Assembly (NCBI RefSeq): GCF_006345805.1
Contig: NC_043003.1
Coordinates: forward strand, 33,232,001 to 33,296,000
Reading direction: 5' to 3'
DNA length: 64,000 nt
Source: Octopus sinensis
Lineage: Eukaryota
The notes under the pieces are model-generated. The model searched no databases and was not told the DNA's origin. It saw only the letters and a program-made list of their open reading frames with translations. Positions 13,778 to 27,625 of this stretch are shown here, piece after piece; within the stretch, counting starts at the first letter, position 1, and every line of letters begins with the position of its first letter. The position numbers and the translations under genes were made by a program.

Positions 13778-14170
13778 GCAAAAGTCTAGGAGTTTTAGGT
13801 GGAGAGGGTAAGTCGATTATATCGACTCCAATACTCGCGTGGTACGTTACTTTATCTGTCCCGTAGGAATAAAGGGCAAAGTTGACCCCGACAGAATTTT
13901 TAACTCAGGACATATGGAGCGAGAAGAAATACCCATTTCTTTACTTCCCACAAGGGGCTAAACACAGAGAGGACAAACAAGGACAGACAAGAACAGACAA
14001 AAGGATTAAGTCGATTATATCGACCCCAGTGCGTAACTGATACTTAATTTATCGACTCCGGAAGGATGAAAGGCAAAGTCGACCTCGGCGGAATTTGAAC
14101 TCAGAATATAACGACAGAAGAAATACCGCTAGGCTTTTGTCCGTAAACTATTCTGATAGCTCGTGGTCTT
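13778..14170 (-). mobile_element. Old SINE-B split by a younger long-tail SINE-B insertion (13934-14115) with a 12-bp TSD
   Basis: AGAAGAAATACC occurs at 13922-13933 and 14116-14127 (GGTATTTCTTCT on the minus strand). The inner part is close to consensus and the outer parts are diverged. Confidence 0.8.
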
Positions 14171-15151
14171 CAAATAGAATAATAATATTATCCATATTAT
14201 ATTTATAATTGATAAAATATTATGGCAGTATTTGTTTTTCTGACTGCCGCCATCTTTCTAGTTAGCCATTGAATACTTTAACCGCCATTGAATACTTTTT
14301 TTCATGGATTCCAGTGTCTCTCTGCCGCCATCTAATTCCATTATTATGCATTTAAATTGGGAACTTGAGTCATAGGGAATCTTCTCATTAGCTCCTCACA
14401 CAACCATGGACGCCTCACCTATGGATCTTTTGCAGTTACTCTCTTGATAGAGCTTGGTCTTTGTGAGCCGTTGGTCTTCTAGGATTCCTCCTCTCAGCAT
14501 CGATGTAAGAAACATCGTTGTCTCAGTTGTGCTCTTTCCACAACTCTTCGCAATCCATCATGCTGTTGCTGCATGACTTCGTTGTATCCCTGGCAGAGTG
14601 ACTGAACGGGTACTATGGCTTGCCAAAGGGCAGCCTCTAACTAGGCAGGGCACAGTCGTCACTCCGTGGGGTATTTTCAAATACCGGCATACCTATTAAA
14701 TATTACTTGCAGTAAATATGTTGATCACAAATTTAAGTATTATTGTTTATGCTTCTAAAATTTTTGTTCCGTTTACATTTGTTTCTTTTTTCTATAATAG
14801 CCTGGATATGATCTTGTCCATTTACAAAAGTTATTTCCTTCATTTCTAATTTTCCAAGTACGGCAAAGTCTGTGATTCGTTTATAAAGTCATTTTGAGGC
14901 AGAACATATGAGATGAGTTGTCTTCCCTAGTTACTGACACAATTAGAATAATAATCGGCATTGATTCATATTAGTTTCTCCCCAATGCATAATTATTTCT
15001 AGATCGAATTATAAATGTCCCTTGCATTAAATATATTAACACTGATTTAACTATCGATTTTTGTGGGGATATCTACGATATAAAATATTAAATTAACTTT
15101 ACACACCCTAATATTTTTATTATTTACAATGATTTGTTAATTCTAGAAGAT

Positions 15152-15226
15152 GGAGATACGTGGCTTAGTGGTTTAGGTGTTCGAATCGTGATCATAAGGT
15201 CGTGAGTTCGTTTCCATGACTGGGAA
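15152..15226 (+). mobile_element. tRNA-derived SINE head or tRNA pseudogene
   Basis: GTGGCTTAGTGG (A-box) and GAGTTCGTTTCC (B-box) at tRNA-like spacing, with no intact cloverleaf. Confidence 0.5.
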
Positions 15227-17802
15227 TAAGGTATTTCGTTTCCTGTAGCTTCAACTCATTTAGTGGGAAAAAAATGCTGGTGTAGCTCTCTCTTTTCCTC
15301 TCTATGAGCTGGATGTTACGTGGGGCGATACTGACGAGGCCTAGAGGGTGTGTATGTCTGCATAGGTACTTGAAACGAATGCCCGATGCACACAACCAAT
15401 CTCTAAAGGATCAGGAGAGATAGGGTTTGTTCGTAAGGAACATTGTTAAAAAGCTCGGGAATAACGGAATGAGATTGTGAGACAAATATATTTCATTCAG
15501 CGTCATCAATACTTAGAGGTAATTAGCTTCATCCGAGGGTCGAGAACGTATTTGATAGTGTGACAGTCTTTTCTTATGAATCAATCGACGCTAGCACCTT
15601 AAAGTTGTTAATAAAGATTTATTTTCATAGTTTTGATAAGGGATGAATACAAATAACAAAACGCATAAAAAAATATAAATGCATAATTAATTTATAAAAT
15701 GTAAATATAATAACTGAAACATCAGCAAAAATTGCAAGATGAAAAAGATAATAAAAAGAAAGGCAAAACGAATAGCAACAAAATAACATAAAAATACAAG
15801 GCAAATACAAACCATAAAATGAAGCTATATTTACTAAAAAAATAAATCCAACTTTGAAACATAAAGAAAAACACCCAAAGTATTGATTATTTAACAAATT
15901 AATTGCTTATTCTAAGTCGTAGTCTTTCGTTGAAACTAAGAAGTGAATAATTGTCTTAGTTTCATGTTCTTGTTAAGCTCCAGTGCAAGCCTGATTGGTT
16001 TGAATAATGAACAGACGGCATTCCCATTGTGACCATCACGCCTTTTCAAGGATATGCACTATGTTTTCTCATGTGACTTGTATTATTTAAGGCAGAAGAG
16101 ACATGCAAATTTGGTAGGTAGTCTTAGGTTTTTGACCTACTGGTTAGAGACTCATTCGTTTAACAAGTGTGTATGATGCGCTATAGACCAAGGTTAAAAC
16201 TATTTTTCTTTGTTTTCTGGCATTCACTCCAGGTAAATGCCATAAAATAATGAATCTAATCTGCGGGATAAAACCTGCAATACATATTAGTGTTAGAATC
16301 TGGATCCTTTGTCGGAGTTAACCTAAACATATAGTGAAAATATAGACTACATTCCCAACTTCTTAGAAAGTCTTGAAGTCTGCAAAACATTTATAGATTA
16401 GTTATATCAATGTCTCATTTGTTAAACAGCAAAATTCACATCCAGATAACCATTTGCACATGTGAGGACACGGATGAGAGTTAATCGTCATAGAAACAGT
16501 GAGTCACTTGTAATTAACAGAGAAAGTTTCGCAAATGAAATAACAGAATGGTGCTGTGTGTCTTCGAATATTATGGATATTCAGCAGCTGACGCTTGTTT
16601 TTCTATGTCTTACTGTAGAAAATGAAGCAACTCACAACCTCAAATCACGGTTCACGCAATCATAAAAATAAACAGTTTTCATATGATTCAATATGAATGC
16701 TAAAGCGTGTATATAAAAAAAATAGTTCTCTTTACTACTCAGGCATTTCCAATATATAAATAAATAAATAAATAAAATAGATAAAACGAATAGACAAATA
16801 AATAAATAAATAAATAAAATAACTAAAAGATTAGACTGATATTTACAAAAATAAAAACAAGGTTGTGGTCTCTTACAGCATAACTGCTTGCATGAAAAAT
16901 TACATAAGATTATATAACACCAATATTCATGGAGCGAGCAAAAAGGCCGAATAGAAGCGATAAAGCGGTAAGGAACAAGATTATAATCCCAAGACAATTT
17001 CTGCTTGTAGAAAATCCTTATCTACGACGCCACTATCACAGACAGAAAACAACAACAGCAATTTCAGATATGATATTGATTTAACAGAAAACCATGTAAA
17101 AACGGCATTTACCAACTTACTGCTCAAAAATAAACAAGCATAACTTATTTTTTCTTTTCTATATACAGACGAAGAAGAATATATGAGAACCCACATTAGA
17201 ATCATGAAAATGTGTATATCGCATCGAACTACAGGAACGAGGGAGATACATCACTTTTCTTTTGTGAAGATATTCGATCTAGTCGACCCCTCAACAGGAG
17301 CTCGTATGTGATGTCCACCTGCTGTCATAGGCGAAAATATATTACCGATCAACTATAAAATTTTCGATAACTCACGTGGAGGGGAAAAATTGGTCATGCA
17401 TCACGTGTTTTGCATTTTCAGTCCTTTATCTGGTTTTCCTAGGTTGTGGTTGTATCGTAGCTACTCGGATACATACCGGAACTTGTGATATGAATTTACT
17501 TACATTGCTATATACAGGTACATTCAGATTATAAAACTTAGTATACCGATATGTGATAGAAAGGTGTATAGTTTTGGTATAGAATGAAAATTGCGAGAGC
17601 ACATTGCCAGTATTTGACTTCCAGAGCTTCAAACTTTGTGAACGTCTATGAGTTCATTCAACAACAATCGTTATGATACCAGCAACAAATATCTCATATA
17701 CATATATGTATATATGTATGTACGCATGTAAGTATACATGCATGTATGCATATATGTATATATATGTCTGTATAAGTCTATATATCCATTTAACTATTTA
17801 TG

Positions 17803-17920
17803 TATGAGCGTAGTCACGAAACGTAAAAGACTTTTTCATTTCCCTGAGCGTCAAACTAATACACGTGCTTGTTGTTCATACACATGTCTTCGAGTTTTGT
17901 TTTTCTATAAATTTCAACTA
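17803..17920 (+). mobile_element. PLE pLTR-like terminal fragment
   Basis: GAGCGTAGTCACGAAACGTAAAAGACTTTTTCATTTCCCTGAGCGTCAAACTAATACA..TAAATTTCAACTATATA, followed by (TA)n. Confidence 0.75.
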
Positions 17921-17955
17921 TATATATTATATATATATATGTATGTATATATATA

Positions 17956-17998
<43 letters not shown>

Positions 17999-18063
17999 AT
18001 ATATTATATATATATATTATATATATATATATATGCATATATGTATGCATGTATGTGTGTCTG

Positions 18064-18095
<32 letters not shown>

Positions 18096-19711
18096 CACAC
18101 ACACATATATATCCTCGCATGCATAACATGTATTTATGACCATCAAATTCGCTGAGGATCAGCATCTGTAGTTGTCGACCTTTTAATGACAGGACTTTGT
18201 AACGGACAGAAGCAAAAGAAGAACGCGGTTTCGCGAGTGACGGAGGATGAGAACTGACACTTCATTGCAGACGTGTGTAATAGCCCGGACCCGGCATCAG
18301 TAGCAATCAACACCATGTTCAGGATGAAGGAGACCCATCGGGCAAGAATGATGACTCCAGAAAAATGGTATATCATTTCATCTAGATGTAGGTGACTTCC
18401 AGAAATTTCCTCTGTCTTTAATACAACCGCCTTAATTCGCGTGTGTGCAAAGCTATCACTAACCGTGTCTAATCGTGGAGACACCAATTTAGTAACGCAA
18501 AATTTTGGCTAACTTGAGAAGTTATGTACTAACAACGAAGCCTCATTGGCCACTGAACGCTTAATAATAAATGGCCTCGGTGGTAGAGGTGTGTTTGCAC
18601 GAAAGGATACACATCATATTTTGTATGCAAGTGAAGGAGATCTTAAGCTCTTTTTTTTTCAAAAAATGTATATACCTGTGTTCATGGGAAAATGTTTATC
18701 ATTTAATTACTTTAATTTAATTTCGAGAAATTTAGCATTAACAGAGAAACGTTGTGTATATTAGATCATATTACGGACGGAGCAGCTAATTTAAAGATAT
18801 AATCACTAGAGAACAAACCCGAGACCCTTTCATTCACTCCGTTAACTAGGTTCTTAAACACTTATGTAGCATGGCCCGGTGTTAATGTAGATGAGCGTCT
18901 GTTTGAGCTTGTGATATGGTTTGAATGAGGAAATTCTATTGTCATATTCAGGACGTTAACTATGGTTCAAGTTCAAGAATCGTTTGGGTCAAATCAGTCG
19001 ACCAAGATTGAACATTAACCAAGCGGTAAGCACTTTCAGTTGTGTATTATGTCTTTGAAATATCAGAGAAATATGTAGCTGAATTCAGTGCTATGTTTAA
19101 TAAATCTCTGGACATCGATGGATAAAAGTCAACAACATCAAAGTGAAAATATCTGGTCCCATACACACCGTCACTGCCGTTGTACATTGAAATTTCTTCT
19201 CCAGTTCTACAGCAAAGGTCGTAGTTAGAAGCTTTACCCTAGTAGATATTAATATTCCTATGTATCGGTTAGCTGCAATACCAATCTTCTGCCTTGGTAG
19301 CAGAATTCAACTCAGACCTATAACGTGCTTATGTGATTAGTGTTAAGTATTATCATTCAGATATTATTATTATGGAAAATGTCCCACGAATATGCCATGG
19401 TGGTATTTACAGTGACGATGGTTACGGTAGATGTTTTGCTTAACTCCATTTACTTACCCTCTTTATCTCCAGTACACTATCACTATTCTGACGTGAGATC
19501 CTTCCAGTGGTACGATCAGCAAAGCCCCCTGCTGGTCATCAGATGTTTTGAGGCACTTCCTCTAAACTGTTCATCTAATCTTTATAGCCATACGTCGGTC
19601 TGACTGATAAACATTGCTCATACTGTCGTGTATTATACACTATTTGGGGAGGGCAGGCGACATCTACGGACTTGCATATACATATATGTATATATTCACA
19701 ATTACAATACA

Positions 19712-20045
19712 GATGTGACTATGTGATTATTGGGTTTGAATCCCAAACGTATGGCTCACAGTTCATTCACAATGCGTTCCACACCTTGGGCAAATGTCTT
19801 CTATTAAAGTCCGGACCGGCCAAAGACTTGTGAGTGAAAAGCGAAAGACGAGCCAGTCCCATATACGCATGTGAATTTCTATGTGTGAGCGTGTGTGTAT
19901 GTGTGTATGCGCGCGCACGTTTGTTCTATACTACCACTTGCTAACCGGAATTTGTTTGTCCCTTTAACTTAAGCGGTTCACCTCCCTCCAAAAGCGATTG
20001 AAGAAATACCTTAATCGAACGATTGAAGCAAGTAAAACTTAAAGG
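19712..20045 (+). mobile_element. Degraded SINE family A
   Basis: CACCTTGGGCAAATGTCTTCTA..CCAAAGACTTGTGAGTG..TAACTTAAGCGGTTC..ATTGAAGCAAGTAAAA. Confidence 0.6.
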
Positions 20046-20046
20046 A

Positions 20047-20119
<73 letters not shown>

Positions 20120-20354
20120 TATATATATGTATGTATATATATATGTGTGTGTGTGTGTGCGTGTGTGAATATTTATAAATAAGGATAAGATCGATATTTA
20201 AATATCGATCTATCAAGTGGCCATCATGGGAATAAAAACCTTACAAATGTAATAATTATTTAAAATTATAAATTAGGGTATCTGAGGGATACAACAACGC
20301 TGAAATAGCAGTCAAAATCTGACCCTAAAGCCACATTAAATATTCATATAGCAC

Positions 20355-20761
20355 TAGGAGAGTAGCACTACCTCCTCAGGGCACTTGATGTAAGTCTCCC
20401 TGTTGAGTATGAGGTTGTGTGAGAAGATTAATGGAGGCATAACGTCACCATCACTAGTAATCACTTCAAACACTATGATGTTGATTGGATGTTTGATTTT
20501 TATCACTCCCGGTACATGTTCTCAGATTGACATGCAAACACTCTGAAATATTCCTATTGGGGCTTCCGGTACGAATGCCAAGCTGTACAACATGTCGTTT
20601 CCAAATTTCTAGCAGAGGGAATTGCGTCATGGTGTTGTTTTTCTCACAGACGGTGCCCAACTGACCCTACTACACTGCGTAGTCGACAAAATCATAATCA
20701 AACAATATGCATGCGCGAAATTAAAAATAGAGAATGGCCACGAGTTACCCATTGCACCCTG
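20355..20761 (-). mobile_element. Internally deleted Tc1/mariner-superfamily transposon (maT/DD37D-like)
   Basis: Terminus TA|CAGGGTGCAATGGGTAA at 20763-20745. N-terminal WKRHVVQLGIRTGSPNRNISECLHVNLRT is fused to catalytic-region KIKHPINIIVFEVITSDGDVMPPLIF..RETYIKC.EEVVL. Confidence 0.65.
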
Positions 20762-21544
20762 TATATATATATGTATATATATTGTAGTAATAGCACAGGA
20801 ATGCAAGAAAATCCTCACCATGTACACGGAGACAAATCACAGAACATACTTTAGACAACCAGTGTAATACACCAAATTCGATGTGGACATAAAATTCATA
20901 AGCTTCAAAATGCCACCCGTTCCATCGGCAATTACTCTTAGGTTGAGTACACCTATACAACAAATAGCTTTTGCAACGGATTATAACACACTACGCAAGC
21001 TATAATTGAATAGAAAAAAAGTAATTGACAGTGCTACAATTTTATGTAGAATTTTACAACGAAGGAAAATAATGAAGGAAACTTTACTAGAAGCAAAATA
21101 TAAACCGAAAGTCAACACACGATGTCGATCATGGAATCTACCAGGTTTCAACATTCTATAATTTTTTTAAAATATGGCGTTGCTTTTTTTTTCTCCTTTA
21201 TAACTGCATTTACATGGTTGTTGGTGACTTACAGTACAGTGTGCAAACAACATGCTCTCATTGTAACTCTAATGCAAGATGTGGAGGAAAATCTTAGAAT
21301 GACGATAGTAATGCTTTTGCGATATCTGTCCCTGCTCTTTGCGTTCTGCTTTTAAAACAATGAAAAATTGATGCTGTGTAGAGAGGAGACCTTACCTACT
21401 GAGTCACTGCTAGTCTTCTTCAAATAATCTTGTCCAGACCAGCAGCTGTATGTGAATACTGAATGACATGGCGTTACATATAAACACACACACTCACACA
21501 CACAAATACACGCGTATATATAGACCCACAGATAGGTAGGTAGG

Positions 21545-21616
<72 letters not shown>

Positions 21617-21823
21617 CCCTTTGATCCTAAATTAGCTTAGGTAGTTGCTAAGCGTTTGGGAGATGCATGTACTCTCAGCGAAACTGACAAGCAGAATTAA
21701 TGGATTACAGTGTCACAAATCATTGAATCACAAATAATATCGAGTCAACGGCGTTGTACACACTTTCTGTCTGTCCAAATTGGCTCAATTCGAGTCTATT
21801 ATGACGGTATCGCTTCATTCTGC

Positions 21824-22055
21824 AAGGCGGCGATTTGGCAGAAACGTTAGCACGCCGGGCGAAATGCTTAGCGGTATTTCGTCTGCGCTACGTTGTGAGT
21901 TCAAATTCCGCCGAGGTCGACTTTGCCTTTCATCCTTTCGGGGTCGATAAATTAAATACCAGTTACGCACTGGGGTCGATGTAATCGACTTAATACCTAT
22001 GTCTGTCCTTGTTTGTGCCCTCTGTGTTTAGCCCCTTGTGAGTAATAAAGAAATA
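21824..22055 (+). mobile_element. SINE family B, full-length long-tail form with 18-bp TSD
   Basis: Complete head (AAGGCGGCG..TGGCAGAAACGTTAGC..GAGTTCAAATTCC) to tail ..AGCCCCTTGTGAGTAATAAAGAAATA. It is flanked by GGTATCGCTTCATTCTGC (21806-21823) and GGTATCGCTTCACTCTGC (22056-22073). Confidence 0.92.
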
Positions 22056-22174
22056 GGTATCGCTTCACTCTGCGAAATCGAAACCCAAAAGTTCCGGTTA
22101 AAGTTATAATGTTGAGTTCATAATTACTTATGGCTTTTAAGGTTCCGCCAAAACTTTGCCCAGTTCAACACTTG

Positions 22175-22248
<74 letters not shown>

Positions 22249-22281
22249 GCATACACATATACATACATATATATATGCATG

Positions 22282-22314
<33 letters not shown>

Positions 22315-23068
22315 TCATGTATATAGGATATAATATAATATATAGATATATAGATGTGTGTTTTGTTTGAGCATATGTGCGAGTGTGAGATCACGTTCGT
22401 GTGCTTGTTTATCTTTTGATATTTTATATCACACCATCTATTTTAGTGATATTATCTGAATATACTTATACTTTTTACAACTAATTGCATTATATATTCC
22501 CAAACCTTCAACGATATGACAACGATATGCCAGGATATTCAATAATTTTTACCGAAACATTAAGAAAGGATTTCAGTCGATCAAATAAGACGAAGGTAGG
22601 TAGAAAAAGTGATAATTATAATTACTTGCTTCTATATAAATTCAGTTTATTTCATTTATTTCTTTCTGTACACTATATTTTCTGCGATTCCGAGGTGCTC
22701 GTGAGGCATATTGCTATAATTATTTTCAGTGTGTGAATACATATTCGTTGTTGTAATATGTAAGTAGTATATGAATCATTTCACATTAGTTACAAATAAG
22801 AAAAAATATTGAATTACTCAACTAGCCTATTGACACCTATTTATATATATCCGATGAAATATCAACGAACTGCTTTGATATATACTGATTGAAAAGTAGA
22901 CGGGCGTCAAAACACTGAAATACTAGAAATCGTCAAAAATGTGTGTGCCTGTGTGCGTGAAAAATGGCATAACAGAATTTAAAACCAAACGGAATTTTTA
23001 TGATGTAGTCACATTGTGATATACAAACCTGCACATGCACCTGCACGCGTGGGCGCACAGATACAAAC

Positions 23069-23079
23069 ATCTATCTATT

Positions 23080-23137
<58 letters not shown>

Positions 23138-23172
23138 GATAGATAGATAGATAGATAGATAGACAGATAGAT
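23069..23172. repeat. (TCTA)n directly followed by its complement (TAGA)n, a microsatellite palindrome
   Basis: The strand switch is at CTATCTAGATAG (23131-23142). Confidence 0.85.
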
Positions 23173-23596
23173 GTGTGAGTGCGTGTGTGTGTCAGTGTGT
23201 GTGTGTATATATATATATACATATATATATGTACGTACATACATAAACATACAAACTTCCATACATATAGTGAGAGGGTGAGAGGGGAGAGACAGAGAGT
23301 GGGGAGGTAGTTTGTAAAAGTTTTGATCATATTTGTTCATAAAAATATACTGATATGAAGAATATACTCCTGTAAATATCTGTAGAAATATATGGATTTC
23401 TGTGTCTCCCTCCCTCTCTCTCTCTCTCTCTCTCTAAATATATAAATGCGTGTGTGTGTGTGCTTGTGTGTGTGCGTGCGTGTCTGTATATATGTATATA
23501 TTAATAAATATATATATATTATAGATATATGTATGTATACATACATATATATATATACACACATATGTATATATATATATAATATATATATATTAT

Positions 23597-23639
<43 letters not shown>

Positions 23640-24399
23640 TATATATTTATATGCATGTATATACCGAGAAAAACACACTCATGTACACATATATACATAC
23701 GGATGCATATATATAATATGGCTTGAAAGTCGGTTATCTTGTCATAAGGGGATTATATATGTTCTGTGTTAGTGACCGGCTTGAATTCTGCGAAAAAATC
23801 CACATTAATCCAAAAGATAAACAGAGTTACTTACGTGTATACATACATACATACATACATACATACATACATACATACTACATAAAACCATACATACACA
23901 GGTACGAACCTACGTACCTATATATACACACATGCCTAAATACATAAATACATACACACATACGAACCTACGCACCTATATATTTTCATGCATATAGGCA
24001 GACATAATGAAGTTTTCCTGTTGGTTTAGAAATATGAACGTCTGTTTGTTTAACTGGACACTGACACACTGAAATAGCATGCAAACTTGTGGCATATCTC
24101 TTAATCAAATTGTATCCTTAACTTAATTCTCCAGTTGAAACAACGTTAAATAGTATGACGAGGTTAGACATTTGAATTGCTGATACAACCAATCTAAGTG
24201 GACTCCACACTGTTTCCATCTCATCTAATTCACTTACAAGGTCAACTCAAGACTGTATTCATCTCAAGAGACACTTGCCTGAGAGTTACGCGCAGAAGAG
24301 TCACATACCCAAAAGTTACGCGCAGCGGAGCTGATTGAGAGTGTCCGTGACCATAATTTGATCCATCCATCCATCCATCCATCCATCCATCCATCCATC

Positions 24400-24882
24400 C
24401 AGAAGTTCAGATTTATACCTGTGGTTATAGGGACACTGGGATATTTAACATGTTGCCTAAACATCAATCTTGAGAAATTAGGCTTCTCACATCCAAGAAG
24501 AAGAAAGCTGATTCGAAGGCTACAGATTCAATTCATCACTGGATCTGTAAAATTCTGTAACAGTTTATCATTCAATTATATATGAGCATGCCTAGATATG
24601 CAAGTATATGCATGATAAGACAAATATAAGACAAAACATTCAAATCTGCACTATTCATACGTACATACATTCATACATACATATATACATGCATGCATAC
24701 ATACATGCATACATACATACATACATAATACATACATACATACATACATACATACATACATACAAAACTATCCTGTTGTTGATGTTGAAATTCCAATGAA
24801 AGCGCTTTGGATCTAGGTTAGAAACCGCGTTTTTCTATATTGGCAAGAAGTCTTGAAATAAAACTGAATAATGATATACATA
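24400..24882 (+). mobile_element. 5'-truncated RLE-type (R4/Dong/NeSL-like) LINE 3' end
   Basis: KFRFIPVVIGTLGY..NLEKLGF..LIRRLQIQFITGSVKFC fits the IP(I/V)VIG(A/T)LG motif that follows the RLE domain. It is preceded by (CCAT)n, and AATAAA is followed by CATA-like repeats. Confidence 0.6.
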
Positions 24883-25366
24883 TACACATTCATACGTACA
24901 TGCATCCATACATACAAGTTGATATACACCCATACATAAACAAGAAAAGAGATATATTAATGATATTAGTCCAGAATTTTACATAATTATGTGTACACTT
25001 ATTTTAAAATTATTTGCATTTTATAACCCATGATTATTTATTTTTATCTTCAAGTACTTTTATGGTAAAAATTGTAAGTAGTTATTTAAAAAAAAAATTG
25101 TCCACTTCCCAATAATAAGCGACATTAATGTAATATGAACAAAAGAGAAAAAACGTACATAGATAATTTTGATAACCAGAGTTCTAACAACATCATGTAA
25201 TTTTTCAGAACTGCTAAACTTATAGAAGTTAATTATTCCCTTATCATAAAACGACATCCACCCACATCAATTTCAAATTTCAATTATTGTATATTTTTTA
25301 AATTATATTATCCGACTTACATTAAATTGTTCTTCTATATTGCTGCAGATATATATTTTCTATTTT

Positions 25367-26750
25367 CCCCAAAAGCCATGAATCCCATCTAGTCCGGGTG
25401 TTCTCTAGTTAGGCACTTTACCCACTTGTTCTTTCACGTCAACCGTGCTTATGACAATTTTCCTTTGTTTCTTTACTCCTTGTAATTCTGTTTTGATATT
25501 TCTATCCCTTTTATGCACCATATTGTTCCTTCATAATCTGCTCCAGAACTCCTTGGCTTGATTTGCATCAGGAACAATATTTTCCCTATTATCTCCTTCT
25601 AACGTTCGGAAGAATTACTTCGGGTTATTTTTGAAGAATCTGTTATCCTCGAATTGCTTATTTCTGTTTACAAATCTTTTGATCTTCTGGCTTTTTGCCA
25701 TGATCCTCTGTTTTAACTGCTCTATTACTGCATCAAACCCGTTATTCCGTATTTAATGATTCTTCTCGGTCGGTCTTTTCTCCCTTTTACCAGTTTCCTC
25801 TTAACCTTTGTTCAATTTTTCCTAGATCTTGTTTTGCCCGCATTATGTCCCTCTGAATGCGTCGTTTCACCATGCTTCTTTTGCTCCAACGTATTTTGTT
25901 CCCTTAAGTTGAAATTTCTCCTCAACAATTAGTGCAATAGCTCGGAGAAGATTCCTTGTTTCTGTTATGTCCTCTATATGGATGGTATTACAGTATTTGG
26001 ATGGTATTACAGTATCTGGATAGTATTACAGTATTTATCTTTTTCGTTACTTTATTTATCATAGTTCTATCTACCCTTCTCATAATCATGGGGATTTTTT
26101 CTTCTGGAGAATTCATCACATCGGTGAGTTGTCTTTGAATTTCAAGCAATTCATTATCTATTGGCTCAATCTCTCTGCATGTCACACACCACAGTATCAG
26201 GGTTTACTGTATAACGTTCCTGTTCCTCATCCTTAACAGCCCCATCACCATTTCGCTGTTCCTCGTGTCTACTCTTCTCTCTGCTTTCAGCCCCTGCTCT
26301 CTGTTCTCAACTCTAAGCACCCTTTGTAGCCCATCCGCAAGGTCTCTCAGACTCTCGCTAATCCGAGATATTTCTACTCCAGTTAAGTAACCCTTCCTCC
26401 TAATCCCTCTCGCTTGGTTCAAAAGCTTATTTTCTGACATTGGACACATGTCCTTTCCATCCCAAATCTAAAGATGCCTCGGGCTATTCCGCGACTTCTT
26501 TACTCTTTCATGGCATTCAACCAATGTATCGTACTCTTCCTTCATCCACTTATGTCTGTTTTTGTGCACACCGTGTATGCGATTTGTTGTGACATAACGA
26601 CCGTCCGAGGCCATATCACTGCCCGTGATGCGGGCGGTTTCGGATGTGCCAGGAGGGAAACCTTCACTATGATCAGCTATAGCTCCATTCTCGCCGCTAA
26701 TTCTTTCATTGTTGTGTTGCATCATGATTTCATGAGTCGTTCGTGGGGTT
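25367..26750 (-). pseudogene. Decayed R4/Dong-like ORF, N-terminus to start of RT
   Basis: RHKWMKEEY..ECH, ENKLLNQARGIRRKGYLTGVEI, KRFVNRNKQFEDNRFFKNNPK, EFWSRL and PN*RTPGLDGIHGFW (cf. NWKAPGPDGIHGFW), with many stops. Confidence 0.7.
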
Positions 26751-26845
26751 CATTGAGTCCTTCATCGAGTTCCCATCTCTCTCTTCCTCTCTTTGTTTGT
26801 ATATACACGTGCACATGCATGTACATACACACACACACGCACACA

Positions 26846-26912
<67 letters not shown>

Positions 26913-27059
26913 CGTGCTTGCATTGAGTCGCCTCCATAACCACAGTGATTATTATTATCACCATTGTTCTACCTATAGCATTTAAAAATATCAATAATAT
27001 ATTGCAGCAGATCTTCGTTACTATTTATCGAATACTCGGCAAGCGCTCTCCTTTCACTC

Positions 27060-27268
27060 CTTATACAATGGTCCATACTAATTAGTCCTCAGCCAACATT
27101 CTTTCTTCTCATACACAGTCAGTTTACGCTTGCAGTTAACTTAATACTATCTCTTACGCTTCCTGTTTGAATGGTAATCCAGGTATTCTCAACTAATTTT
27201 TAGTTCCTTTACTAGTCATTTCAAGTACTCCTACAATCACTGGTATTGTAACAGTCTTGAGATGCTGT
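27060..27268 (-). pseudogene. R4/Dong-like RLE C-terminal fragment
   Basis: Minus strand reads HLKTVTIPVIVGVLEMTSKGTKN*LRIPGLP. Confidence 0.55.
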
Positions 27269-27387
27269 CTTCTCCCGCTACTGTTGTCATCAGCCCACCA
27301 TTCTCTTTTGGTTGTGTTTCCGCTTGGGCAGTCACATTAGTAGAACGGCTTTCCTATCCAGAGATATTATTATTATTCAGAGGTATG

Positions 27388-27589
27388 CAGAGAACTGGCA
27401 GAAACGTTAGACGAAGTGCTTAGCAGTATTTCGCGCACCGCTACGTTCTGAGTTCAAATTCCGCCGAGGTCAACTTTTCCTTTCATCCATTCAGTGCTGA
27501 TAAATTAAGTACCAGTGAAATACTGAGGTTAATATAATCAACTTTATCTCCTACCCCAAAAGGACTGCCATTGTGGCAAAATTTGAACC

Positions 27590-27592
<3 letters not shown>
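27388..27592 (+). mobile_element. SINE family B, short-tail form
   Basis: CTGGCAGAAACGTTAG..GAGTTCAAATTCCGCCGAGGTC..TGTGGCAAAATTTGAACCATT. Confidence 0.8.

Positions 27593-27625
<33 letters not shown>

Noticed and set aside
18143-18487. 114-aa minus-strand ORF, or a possible plus-strand exon (~18271-18368) in a GC-richer island
   Set aside because: No recognisable domain, weak splice signals and no partner exons identifiable by eye.
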